Of a stretch of 64,000 bases of DNA, positions 38,362 through 47,779 are shown piece after piece. Source of the DNA: an uncultured bacterium (GTDB taxonomy: Bacteria > Muiribacteriota > Ozemobacteria > Ozemobacterales > Ozemobacteraceae); NCBI GenBank assembly GCA_946407375.1, contig CAMJNS010000001.1, positions 5,159-69,158 on the forward strand. Reading direction: 5' to 3'. How positions within the stretch are numbered: the first letter of the stretch is position 1; every line of letters starts with the position of its first letter. The position numbers were made by a program, and so were the translations under genes. The notes under the pieces were generated by a model that was not told the origin of the DNA, did no database searches, and saw only the letters and a list, made by a program, of their open reading frames with translations.

Positions 38362-38389
38362 TTATCGGACGAACAGGTAAGTTCTTTTA
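38362..38389 (-). promoter_or_regulatory. Candidate sigma-28 (FliA)-type promoter upstream of flgM.
   Basis: The minus strand reads TAAA-(16 nt)-tCCGATAA, close to the class-3 consensus TAAA-N15-GCCGATAA. It lies about 75 nt upstream of the flgM start. Confidence 0.35.
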
Positions 38390-38501
38390 GCTTAATTATA
38401 TTTTATCAATTAAATTATTTTAAAGTCAATAGCCTAATATTTATTGTTGTTGGTTGATAATTATTAGGTGTTATTGTTGTTGGTTTTTGTTGTTTTTGTG
38501 G

Positions 38502-39188
38502 TTATTTATATTTCTTATAAGAGTGACTAACTACCAAAGCTATTATTTCTTTGGCTTCTAATTCCTTCAAAGGCTCGACAGACTTTAGCAAAGTAGTTCC
38601 AGTAGTTGCCACATCATCAACTACAATAAGACGTTTTCCCCTAAAAGCAGATTTTATTATATCTGAAGATAGAGCAAAAGCATTATCTAGATTATTATTT
38701 CTTTCAGACTCATTACAGCTAGCCTGAGGCTTAGTATACCTTTTTCTAATTATCGCTGGACTAAAATGGCAACCAACCTTTTTGGCATAAGACTCTGCTA
38801 AAACCCAAGCTTGATTAAAACCTCTTTCCTCAAGACGTTTCTCATGCATTGGAACAGGAATAATAACATCTTCTTCTTTAATGAAACTTTTTAAATCAGC
38901 TTGCTCTGCACAATTTTCTCCAAGAATCTCAGCTAATTTTTTGGAAGGTTTGTATTTTATAATTTTAATTAAATCTGAAGTAAAATCATCATAACTACTC
39001 ATTGTATATATAGGAAAATCGCAAGTAGTGTCTTTTACTTCTTGAGGTTTATGAATAGATTTTTTTAGTTTTTCTTTGCAGTCTTCGCATAAAACTATCC
39101 CATAATCACAACTATTTTTACAGACAAGACACCGAAAAGGGAAAAAAATAGATAAAAAATGGTTTAACAGTTTTTTTAATCTAAACAT
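38502..39188 (-). CDS. comFC: ComF-family protein (ComFC/phosphoribosyltransferase domain) with an N-terminal Cys-rich zinc-finger.
   Basis: N-terminal CxxC...CxxC. C-terminal ...RLIVVDDVATTGTTL... is the PRTase motif. 228 aa. Confidence 0.7.
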   Translation of the reverse strand: MFRLKKLLNHFLSIFFPFRCLVCKNSCDYGIVLCEDCKEKLKKSIHKPQEVKDTTCDFPIYTMSSYDDFTSDLIKIIKYKPSKKLAEILGENCAEQADLKSFIKEEDVIIPVPMHEKRLEERGFNQAWVLAESYAKKVGCHFSPAIIRKRYTKPQASCNESERNNNLDNAFALSSDIIKSAFRGKRLIVVDDVATTGTTLLKSVEPLKELEAKEIIALVVSHSYKKYK

Positions 39189-39262
39189 ATAAAAAGTCTA
39201 GAAGAAAGAAAGTTCAGAGTCAAGAGCTTATATTTTTGTTTGTCTGTCTAAATATCTTGCAA

Positions 39263-39295
39263 CAAAAAAACGCCCTTCGAAGGCGTTCTTTTATT
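39263..39295. terminator. Hairpin terminator downstream of lpxA, at the end of the bamA-lpx operon.
   Basis: aaaaaaa-cgcccttcgaaggcg-ttcttttatttg: a GC-rich stem with A-run and T-run flanks. Confidence 0.55.
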
Positions 39296-39314
39296 TGTTA
39301 TTTTTTGTAATTAT

Positions 39315-40127
39315 TTAATCTTCGCTAGAGTCTAAGGTAATTCCCATATGAATTTTCTTACAAACACCTCTATTAGAATTCTTAATAAATTCATAGAATT
39401 TCTGAACATATGGATCATCAGCAGCTACAAGTTCATTCCATCTTTCAAGAACTTGAGAAACATTCATTCCTGATCTGAAGAAGATTTTATAAAGATTTTT
39501 TAAGTTTGCAATAGATTCACGTGGCACATTGTTACGTCTTAAACCTACAGCATTTAAACCTATTACATATACAGGATTTCCATCTATTTTGGTATAAGGA
39601 GGAACATCTTTAGTAACTTTTGACATTCCACCAACCATGCACATATCTCCAACATGTGTGAATTGATGAAAAGCAGAAAAACCGCCAAGAACAGCTCTAT
39701 CACCTACTTGAGAATGACCTGCAAAGGTAACATTATTAGACATGATATTATTGTTTCCTATTTTGCAGTTATGAGCTATATGAACATATGCCATAAATAG
39801 GTTATTACTTCCTATTTCTGTAATATTATCTTCTCCCTCGGCTAGATGGACAGTAGAAAATTCTCTAAAATGGTTATTATCACCAATTTTTACAAAAGTA
39901 CGTTCACCTTTATATTTTAAATCCTGAGGAGGGGCACCTATTACTGCCATACAATGAATTACATTATTTTTACCGATAGTTGTCCAACCATCAATATTTG
40001 CACCATGCCCTACAATAGTATTTTCGCCTATTTCTACATTAGGACCTATATATGCATAAGGACCTATTTCTACAGAAGGATGAATCTTAGCACTTGAAGC
40101 AACAATAGCGGTAGGATGAATAGACAT
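39315..40127 (-). CDS. lpxA: Acyl-ACP:UDP-GlcNAc O-acyltransferase LpxA.
   Basis: [45 protein letters not shown]... shows hexapeptide repeats and the LpxA C-terminal helical domain. 270 aa. Confidence 0.9.
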   Translation of the reverse strand: MSIHPTAIVASSAKIHPSVEIGPYAYIGPNVEIGENTIVGHGANIDGWTTIGKNNVIHCMAVIGAPPQDLKYKGERTFVKIGDNNHFREFSTVHLAEGEDNITEIGSNNLFMAYVHIAHNCKIGNNNIMSNNVTFAGHSQVGDRAVLGGFSAFHQFTHVGDMCMVGGMSKVTKDVPPYTKIDGNPVYVIGLNAVGLRRNNVPRESIANLKNLYKIFFRSGMNVSQVLERWNELVAADDPYVQKFYEFIKNSNRGVCKKIHMGITLDSSED

Positions 40128-40151
40128 ATAAAGACTCCTTAATTTAAAACA

Positions 40152-41441
40152 TCAAGCCAACTGGAATAAGAGCTCGGCACTAGTAACAAGCTCACCATCT
40201 ACGGTAATCTGAGTTTCCATCTTACCTGTAAGACCTCTAGTTTTTAAAACCTTAGCAGAAATATCTAATCTATCGCCAGGAACTACTTGTTTTCTGAATC
40301 TTACTCGATCAATACCTAAAAACATAGGAATTTTATCTTTATATTCTGGTTGGGATAAAAACAATATACCAGAAAGCTGCCCCATAGCTTCAATTAACAA
40401 TACACCTGGCATAATTGATTTATCAGGGAAATGTCCATTAAAAAATTCTTCGTTTGCAGTAACATTTTTGTAACCAGTAATTGACTCACCTGGAACAATC
40501 GAAGTTACTCTATCAACTAATAACATAGGGTAACGGTGAGGCAAACATTTCTTTATTTCATCAATGTTCATCATTTTATCTTCTTTACTCCTAAGAGCAT
40601 CATTAAATTTTTCATTAAAAAGACGAGCAAATTTAGCGTTAAATCCATGACCTGTTCTTACTGCAATAACAGTGCCCTTAATATCTCCACCAAGTAAAGC
40701 ATAATCACCAATTAAATCAAGGATTTTATGTTTTATAAGCTCATTTTCATCACGCAACCCTTCTGGATTGCGAATACTACCATCATTATTAATAACAATA
40801 GCATTTTCTAAACTACCACCACAAGCAAGATTATTAGCTTTTAGAAACTCAAATTCATGCTCGAAACCAAATGTTCTTGATGGAGCAATAAGTTTTCTGT
40901 AATTATCTTCATTTATTTCAATACCAATAGTCTTTGGCGGTACAATATTATTATCATAAGAAAGAGTAAATACTACTTCAAATTTGTCTGAAGGGAAGTA
41001 AATCATACTTTTTCCTTCTGAATGAAGAGAAATCTTTTCTTTGAGATAAAAAAGTTTCCGATCAGCTTCTTGAGGAACTTTACCAGCCTCATCTATCATT
41101 TCAACAAATTTCTTGGCACTGCCATCACATATGGGCGGTTCAACATTTGAAAGTTTTACAAAAAGATTATCTACACCACAACCTCTAAGAGCAGATAAAA
41201 CATGCTCTACAGTATTTACAGATACTTCATTTTCCGTAAGAACCGTTCCTCTTACTGTAGAGGTGACATTATTGAAAGAAGCTTTGATACGTGGCTCTCC
41301 AGCTAAATCAGTTCTAATAAATATGATACCAGTATTTTCTGGTGCTGGAACGAATTCCATCTTTACTGCTTTTCCTGTGTGAAGACCTATACCTTCAACA
41401 GAAACAGCTTTAGCAAGAGTATGTTGTTTATTTTTGGTCAT
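40152..41441 (-). CDS. lpxC-fabZ: Bifunctional LpxC (UDP-3-O-acyl-GlcNAc deacetylase) / FabZ (3-hydroxyacyl-ACP dehydratase) fusion protein.
   Basis: N-terminal LpxC (QHTLAKAVSVEGIGLHTGK...HVLSAL...). C-terminal hot-dog fold FabZ (RYPMLLVDRV...GHFPDKSIMPGVLLIEAMGQ). 429 aa. Confidence 0.9.
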   Translation of the reverse strand: MTKNKQHTLAKAVSVEGIGLHTGKAVKMEFVPAPENTGIIFIRTDLAGEPRIKASFNNVTSTVRGTVLTENEVSVNTVEHVLSALRGCGVDNLFVKLSNVEPPICDGSAKKFVEMIDEAGKVPQEADRKLFYLKEKISLHSEGKSMIYFPSDKFEVVFTLSYDNNIVPPKTIGIEINEDNYRKLIAPSRTFGFEHEFEFLKANNLACGGSLENAIVINNDGSIRNPEGLRDENELIKHKILDLIGDYALLGGDIKGTVIAVRTGHGFNAKFARLFNEKFNDALRSKEDKMMNIDEIKKCLPHRYPMLLVDRVTSIVPGESITGYKNVTANEEFFNGHFPDKSIMPGVLLIEAMGQLSGILFLSQPEYKDKIPMFLGIDRVRFRKQVVPGDRLDISAKVLKTRGLTGKMETQITVDGELVTSAELLFQLA

Positions 41442-41446
41442 AATAA

Positions 41447-42088
41447 TTAGTATTTTCTTGAATAAACAAGATTAAACATTTCTTCTTTACCATCTCTTTG
41501 AGCAATATCCAAACTTACACCAGGATAAGGCGATAATTTGATACCATAAGTATTTACATCATCGTATCGTTCTGCAGCAACAGTAAGAAGTGGAAAAATA
41601 ACTTTTTCTACTCCAAAAAAAGTTTTCTTTTCTTTATTAATTGGATCTCTACAGACACCAGCGTGTATGCTGAAACCAAAATCTTCAAAATTTTTAGAAG
41701 CAGCCGCAAAATAAATACGGTCTCCAAGTTGAGTATTAACATCAGCTGCACCAATGCTAATAGCGGGCATTAACCGACCTTCACAAATTAAAGCCAGTTT
41801 GCCATTTATAGTATTAACATTCTTCTTTTCCCCACTTAGTCTTCTTAAAACAGAAACTTCTATTAAGTTTCCTAAACTCTGGGAAACAAAACAATGAGAA
41901 TTACCATCGTCATTAATATAGGATACAGAAGAAGTACAATTGCCTGTTGGCATTGAAAAAACAGAAGAACCAGAATATCTAAAACGAAAATCAGTAGGCG
42001 CATCTTCTGCTTTCAAAATTTGAGCTGAACTTATAAAAAGCCCAATTAAAGCGACAGAAAACGTAGCAAAAAATTTATTTTTGTTCAT
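41447..42088 (-). CDS. Exported hypothetical protein (signal peptide; C-terminal aromatic residue), possibly an outer-membrane protein, embedded in the lpx operon.
   Basis: MNKNKFFATFSVALIGLFISSAQILKA is a signal peptide. The protein ends ...VYSRKY. It overlaps the lpxD stop by 14 nt and lies 5 nt upstream of lpxC-fabZ. Confidence 0.5.
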   Translation of the reverse strand: MNKNKFFATFSVALIGLFISSAQILKAEDAPTDFRFRYSGSSVFSMPTGNCTSSVSYINDDGNSHCFVSQSLGNLIEVSVLRRLSGEKKNVNTINGKLALICEGRLMPAISIGAADVNTQLGDRIYFAAASKNFEDFGFSIHAGVCRDPINKEKKTFFGVEKVIFPLLTVAAERYDDVNTYGIKLSPYPGVSLDIAQRDGKEEMFNLVYSRKY

Positions 42089-43121
42089 TAAGTTTATTCT
42101 CTAAGTCTCTTACTCTTTTTAATAAATCAGGTAATTTACGTAAAGCACCTTTTATACGAAGCTCTTCCTGATGTGGTTTGGCAGGATACCCTGAAACATA
42201 GCTCTTTTCAGGAACATTATTGGTAACGATACCACAAGCCAATATTGTAGAGCCATCACCAATCTTAACATGACCTATACAACCGGTCTTGCCAGCCATT
42301 ACAACATAATTACCCAATTTAGCACCGCCAGATATACCGGATTGTGCTACTATCAGACACTTTTTACCAATTTGAACATTATGAGCAATATGAATTTGGT
42401 TATCGGTCTTAGTACCCTCACCAATTATAGTTGACTCCATAGTAGCACGGTCTACGGTCACACAAGCACCTAATTCAACATTGTCTTCAATTACTACATT
42501 ACCTAATTGAGGAACTTTTATATGCTGACCCTGGTCTTGAGCGAAACCATAACCGTCACTACCAATAACTGTATTTGAATGAATAATACAATTAGAACCG
42601 ACAACACAATAATCTAAAATTCTTACACCTGGATGAAGATGGGTATTTTCTCCAATAGAAGCAAACCGGCCAACATAAGCACAACCTTCTATATGACTTT
42701 TTGCTCCTACAATAGCACCATCTTCTACTACAGCATTAGGTCCAATGATTGCATCTGGAGCAACAGTAGCTGTTTCACTAACATATGCTGTAGGATGAAT
42801 GTGATAAGAAATCTTCACTTCTTTACGGAAATAGTTTAAAGCAGCTATTAGTCCTAAATGTGGATTTTTTAGACGAATTGAAGGAATAGGCAATTCAGGA
42901 AGATTTTCTGCGGTAATAACTGCTGCTATTTTTGCTTCTTTTAAATGCAAAGCATTTTCTGAAAAGTTCTTGCTACCAGTAAGAAAAGTTAATTCGCCCT
43001 CTTTTGCAACATCTAATGAAGCAATTGAAGAAACGATAACATTTTCATCTCCAACAACACGACCACCACATAAAGCAGCTAATTCCTTTAAACTAATACT
43101 TTTTCCGTTTGATATGCTCAT
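42075..43121 (-). CDS. lpxD: UDP-3-O-acylglucosamine N-acyltransferase LpxD.
   Basis: N-terminal LpxD domain (SLKELAALCGG..VVGDENV), then a long hexapeptide-repeat beta-helix. 348 aa. Confidence 0.9.
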   Translation of the reverse strand: MSISNGKSISLKELAALCGGRVVGDENVIVSSIASLDVAKEGELTFLTGSKNFSENALHLKEAKIAAVITAENLPELPIPSIRLKNPHLGLIAALNYFRKEVKISYHIHPTAYVSETATVAPDAIIGPNAVVEDGAIVGAKSHIEGCAYVGRFASIGENTHLHPGVRILDYCVVGSNCIIHSNTVIGSDGYGFAQDQGQHIKVPQLGNVVIEDNVELGACVTVDRATMESTIIGEGTKTDNQIHIAHNVQIGKKCLIVAQSGISGGAKLGNYVVMAGKTGCIGHVKIGDGSTILACGIVTNNVPEKSYVSGYPAKPHQEELRIKGALRKLPDLLKRVRDLENKLNEQK

Positions 43122-43150
43122 TTTTTTAGTTTTTATAACTATTTATTAAG

Positions 43151-43711
43151 TTATTTACCACTATTCAAAGCTTTAATAACTTCATCGGTTATATCTTTAA
43201 AAGCAGTTTTGTCTTGCCAATAAATACTTCTTTTTTCAAATACGCCTTTTAATTTGTAATTCTTAGCAATCTTTCCAATAACAGTATCAACTTTAGAATC
43301 TAAGTTCTTAGAAAGAGCACCCATTTCTTTTTCTTCTAAAGCATAAAGTCCCTTTTGAGATTCTTCAAAAAACTTCTGTAATTCGCCTTCTTTAGTTGCC
43401 AACTGCTTTCGAAGTTCTGCAATCTGTTTTTCATTAGCTGTTACATCTTTTTTAGCATCTCTTTTTTTCTGGGTATCTTTAGCTAATTCAACATATTTAT
43501 CATTAAGGTCTTTAACTTCTTTTTTTCTTTTTTCTAATTCTGTTTGAAGAGAAGCTTTTTTGCTTTCAAGCATATTCTTGGTTTTCTGTGTTTCATTATA
43601 CTTATTGAAAATCTGAGCAGCATCTATAATACCAAATTCAGCTGCAGAAACCATTAAAGGGCAAGCAACAAGCCCTACAATCAATAAAAATTTAACAATA
43701 CTTTTTCTCAT
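43151..43711 (-). CDS. skp: OmpH/Skp-family periplasmic chaperone.
   Basis: Signal peptide, then a K/E-rich coiled-coil of 186 aa. It sits between bamA and lpxD as in the canonical operon. Confidence 0.75.
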   Translation of the reverse strand: MRKSIVKFLLIVGLVACPLMVSAAEFGIIDAAQIFNKYNETQKTKNMLESKKASLQTELEKRKKEVKDLNDKYVELAKDTQKKRDAKKDVTANEKQIAELRKQLATKEGELQKFFEESQKGLYALEEKEMGALSKNLDSKVDTVIGKIAKNYKLKGVFEKRSIYWQDKTAFKDITDEVIKALNSGK

Positions 43712-43725
43712 TTTCTGTCTCCTTA

Positions 43726-45438
43726 TTAGAATGAAGAACCGAAGTTCACATATGTTTCTCCGTCATGGCGGTCTTCAGCTTTACCATAGTCAAGAGCAAC
43801 AGGACCCAATGGTGTTTGAAGCCTTATTCCTATACCATATCCAGATTTTCTATCTCGATTGATTGTTGTTCTATCATAGCTGGTTCCCCAAGCACTACCA
43901 GTATCATAGAAACCTACTATATCAAAATTTTTGGCTAGATTCTGACGTATTTCAAAGTTAGCATAAGCAATCTTAGTTCCTAAGAATTCTCTTTCTTCGT
44001 AACCTCTAATACTACTGCTACCGCCAACAGAGAACATATCATATATAGGCATAAAGCCTTCACCTATAGATGTATCGGCAAATACCCCCTGAATTGCGAA
44101 GACTGTTTTTTTGCTTGAATTTAAAGGAATATATCTTCTCAATGAAAGCATATATTTGGTGTATTGATTAGCACCTTTTAAAGCACCACCAGTAGTTTCA
44201 ACCCAGAAAGTATCATGAACACCGCCAGTAGGTCTGAAACGATTATCTCTAGTATCTTTATCAAGAATCATAGCAAAAGTCTGAAGTCTACCATTTACAG
44301 CACCTACAGGCAATGCAACACCAGATGTAGTAGGAGTTAATCTTACCTTTTCATCTCTGAATCTGAAAGACAAATCAACGTCTCTGCTAAGACGCTTACC
44401 AAGAGTAATAGCTCCACCTTTTCTTCTTTCATCATACTCGTTCCATTCATGACCACCGTCTCTATACAAGTTACGAGTATATTCAGTATTATAAAGGTCT
44501 AAGCCAAAACTCTGAGGTCTATCTCTAAACCAAGAGTCAAAATAACCAACTTCGTAGCTTTCTACTCCACCAAATTCAGTCTTCAAGTAAACACGTTTAC
44601 CGCTTCCTTGGAAGTTATTTTGAGAAAGATTTACAAAACCAACAAGACCGTTAAGAGAAGAGTAACCGGCACCAACACCAGCACGTCCTGTTTTTTGTTC
44701 TACAAGATGAATTACCAGAACAATTTCATCTGGAGTCTTGCCTGGTAAATGGTCACGACGAACTTCTTCAAAAAATCCTAGATTATACAGACGTTGCAAG
44801 TCACGAACAATCTTTTTATTATCATATATTTCGCCAGGTTTAACAGTTAATTCACGTCTAACAACTTTTTCTTTAGTCTTTTTCAAACCTTCAATTTTTA
44901 CATCAGCTAAAATGCCTTCTGTAATTTCAATATTAATCTTACTGCCCTGGTCTTGAACATATGCATCAGAAACTTTAGAAAACAGATAACCTTCTCTGCC
45001 TAATGCATCGTTTATGTGTTGAATATCTTGTGTAAGAAGTTTGCTATTAAATACTGTTCCGATTTTTGATTCCATAGCATCAAGAAGAATTTCTTCTTTT
45101 ACTTTTGTACAACCTTTTAACGAAATTTCTCCAACAATAGCATTTTCTTCAACATTAAAGACAACCTTTTTACCAGTGCCTTCAGTCTTTACTTCTGCTC
45201 CAACATAAGAGAAATAACCCATTTCTCCTATTCGGGCAATATCATCTTGAACAGCCTGAGCAGACAGAGTATCACCTATTTTTTCAGCAATATTGAGAAG
45301 AATAATCTTTTCTTCTATTAACTGATTGCCGTCTACTTCAAAGCCAACAATTACATTGCTTTCATAAGCAAAAGTAACATTACATGTAAACAAAAGAAAA
45401 ATAATAGCTATCAAGCTTTTAAGGGCGAATTTGTTCAT
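43726..45438 (-). CDS. bamA: Outer membrane protein assembly factor BamA (short form, 570 aa, reduced POTRA complement).
   Basis: Signal peptide, POTRA-like N-terminal region, C-terminal Omp85 barrel ending ...YVNFGSSF. Operon context bamA-skp-lpxD. Confidence 0.8.
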   Translation of the reverse strand: MNKFALKSLIAIIFLLFTCNVTFAYESNVIVGFEVDGNQLIEEKIILLNIAEKIGDTLSAQAVQDDIARIGEMGYFSYVGAEVKTEGTGKKVVFNVEENAIVGEISLKGCTKVKEEILLDAMESKIGTVFNSKLLTQDIQHINDALGREGYLFSKVSDAYVQDQGSKINIEITEGILADVKIEGLKKTKEKVVRRELTVKPGEIYDNKKIVRDLQRLYNLGFFEEVRRDHLPGKTPDEIVLVIHLVEQKTGRAGVGAGYSSLNGLVGFVNLSQNNFQGSGKRVYLKTEFGGVESYEVGYFDSWFRDRPQSFGLDLYNTEYTRNLYRDGGHEWNEYDERRKGGAITLGKRLSRDVDLSFRFRDEKVRLTPTTSGVALPVGAVNGRLQTFAMILDKDTRDNRFRPTGGVHDTFWVETTGGALKGANQYTKYMLSLRRYIPLNSSKKTVFAIQGVFADTSIGEGFMPIYDMFSVGGSSSIRGYEEREFLGTKIAYANFEIRQNLAKNFDIVGFYDTGSAWGTSYDRTTINRDRKSGYGIGIRLQTPLGPVALDYGKAEDRHDGETYVNFGSSF

Positions 45439-45627
45439 AAGCTCCTACTTATTTTCATTATCAATATAATTATAGATTGTAAGATGGTACATTGTTTTTC
45501 TATGATTGTCAATAATTACCGATAACTTTGCCTATTAATGAATAAAAACTAAATTACTATTTTACTAGCAACACTAAAACATAGTACAATAGTTAAAAAA
45601 TATCATATGTTGGAGTAACTTAATAAA

Positions 45628-47727
45628 ATGCCTAACTGCCAATATTGCAACAAACCTGTTATTTCTGGAAACATTTGTCCTGAATGTGCTCAACTTCGCC
45701 AAAGCAATAATCAGCAACAGCAACGTCCTACAGGTGGTTTTTCCTTAAATAGTCTACTACGCAATTCTTTTCCCACACCACCTTCAAGGCAGCAAAACAA
45801 TCAACCCAACATAGCCCCTGTTACTCCTTCAACTCCAGTTCAACAACAAGCTGTTCCACAGATTCCAACCCCTAGACCAAACATAAATCAACAAAATCCT
45901 CAACAAGGATTTAATTTAAATCGTCCGCAGGTTCAACCACAAGTTCAGCCACAAATTCAACCTGCAACTCAATTTCAAAACCAGCAACCAGCTTACCCTA
46001 GGCCGCAACAGCAAGCAAACTACGCCCCAGATCCATCAGTCAGTGCTGCTTCTCTAGATAATATTAGCGGTCCTAGCAATAGCGATAGAAAAGATAAAGA
46101 TATTTCCCAAGAAGAAAAAGCACTTAGAGAAAGAGTGTTTAATTCTCCTGCAACTGGTTTTGGCGATGAAGAATTAGAAATTACAGTTTTATCAGGAATT
46201 ATGAAAGATCAATATGTTCTTGAATCTCTAAAAGGGAAAGGATTAACTGTTGGTTTGTTTTCTAACCACCATACAAGAAGTATTTATCAAGCTATTCTTT
46301 CTTTAAGAGACGAAAGTTCTTCTGCTTCCAAAGTAGATAAAATAATTCTGAAAAATAAACTGCGCCAAATGAACATTTTTGATGACACAGCAACAAGATT
46401 GCTTGATAAAATATCTGATGCTGTTCCACCAAGTGTTGAACAAGCAACAAAGTATCTGGAACTTCTAAAAGAACAGGCTCTCAAACGAAAACTTAAAGAA
46501 GTTGCTCAGAATATTAGTGGATATATAGAAACCCCTCCAACAGATAACAGTATTACAATAGAAACATTCACAAATAGAGTTATCCAAGACGTTAGAGATA
46601 TTCAAAAATCAAAAACAACAAAACGCATTAATCTTGTAAAAGAAGAAATGCGAGACATTATCAACGATATAGACCAACGTGAAGTTACAGGTGAAATAGA
46701 CATTATCGGCTATTCCTTTGAACCAATGCATTATCTATGTCAAGCAGTATCTGGCTTCAGAAAAGGCTTTATGTATGCTATAGCAGGAGCTCCTAGACGT
46801 GGTAAAACAACTTTCACTCTAGAATTAGCCACTAGAGTAGCTACTTTAAATAAAATTCCAGTTTTGTTTTTTACATATGAACAAACTAAGAAGAACTTAA
46901 CTTATCGTTTGCTTGCAAAAGAAAGCCGTTTAAACCCTGACATGCTTCAACGAAAGAAAATTCGTTCAGACATGATAAATGATGCAAAATTTTCCGGTGG
47001 CTGGAAAAAAATGCAAGAATATATGAATTACTTCTATATTATAGAGGCCACAAAAGAAGATACAATCGACAGGATTCGTTCTTATGCATATAACGTTATG
47101 CAAGACTTTAACACAAACGATATTATGATTTTCGTTGATTATATTCAAAAAATGCCTCTTTCCAGAAATTACATGGATGAAAAATTCAAAGTTGAAGAAA
47201 TATCAACAGAATTAAAGGGCTTAAGTATCGAACTAAATAATCCTATTATGACAATTAGTTCTCTTTCCAAGGAAGGTTGTTTAATAGATGCCTCAAACGA
47301 TGCTGAAAGACCAACAATGTATCACTGTAAAGGGTCTGGCGATCTTGAATACGATTTGGACTGTGCAATGATTCAAGCCAAAGATTGGGGCGATACAAAA
47401 GAACTTTATCAACAGCTTCAACAAAAAGCAGAACAATTGGGTAAAGACACTACACGTATACCTAAAGTTGACGTTGTTAACCTTTATCTGGACAAAAATC
47501 GTGACGCTCCAGAAGGAATTTTCTCTGTAATTCAATACTTGTTCTTTATTGAAGATAATAAATTCATAGAATTAGGTCCAAAATATGAAGATGACCGCTA
47601 TAGATTTAGTAAAATTGAAGAATTAGTAAACAGACTGATCGAACAGAACTTCATTATTTTCTTCGACAAACCGGCAAATAGCGGTTATAACAAAGGCAGA
47701 GTATCTATTAAACTTAAAAATTTCTAA
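45628..47727 (+). CDS. DnaB-family helicase-like ATPase with an N-terminal Zn-ribbon and a Q/P-rich low-complexity linker; the helicase motifs are divergent.
   Basis: N-terminus CQYCNKPV..CPEC is a zinc ribbon, followed by ~130 aa of Q/P-rich sequence. A DnaB N-domain-like region follows. Walker A is GAPRRGKTT and Walker B is IMIFVDYIQKM. H3/H4 are substituted: ISSLSKEG replaces SQLNR, and MYHCKGSGDLEYDLD replaces SDLRESGSIEQDADL. Confidence 0.7.
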   Translation: MPNCQYCNKPVISGNICPECAQLRQSNNQQQQRPTGGFSLNSLLRNSFPTPPSRQQNNQPNIAPVTPSTPVQQQAVPQIPTPRPNINQQNPQQGFNLNRPQVQPQVQPQIQPATQFQNQQPAYPRPQQQANYAPDPSVSAASLDNISGPSNSDRKDKDISQEEKALRERVFNSPATGFGDEELEITVLSGIMKDQYVLESLKGKGLTVGLFSNHHTRSIYQAILSLRDESSSASKVDKIILKNKLRQMNIFDDTATRLLDKISDAVPPSVEQATKYLELLKEQALKRKLKEVAQNISGYIETPPTDNSITIETFTNRVIQDVRDIQKSKTTKRINLVKEEMRDIINDIDQREVTGEIDIIGYSFEPMHYLCQAVSGFRKGFMYAIAGAPRRGKTTFTLELATRVATLNKIPVLFFTYEQTKKNLTYRLLAKESRLNPDMLQRKKIRSDMINDAKFSGGWKKMQEYMNYFYIIEATKEDTIDRIRSYAYNVMQDFNTNDIMIFVDYIQKMPLSRNYMDEKFKVEEISTELKGLSIELNNPIMTISSLSKEGCLIDASNDAERPTMYHCKGSGDLEYDLDCAMIQAKDWGDTKELYQQLQQKAEQLGKDTTRIPKVDVVNLYLDKNRDAPEGIFSVIQYLFFIEDNKFIELGPKYEDDRYRFSKIEELVNRLIEQNFIIFFDKPANSGYNKGRVSIKLKNF

Positions 47728-47779
47728 TCATAATAATAACAATAATATAGTAAAGAAAAAGAAACAAAGGGACAAACAA

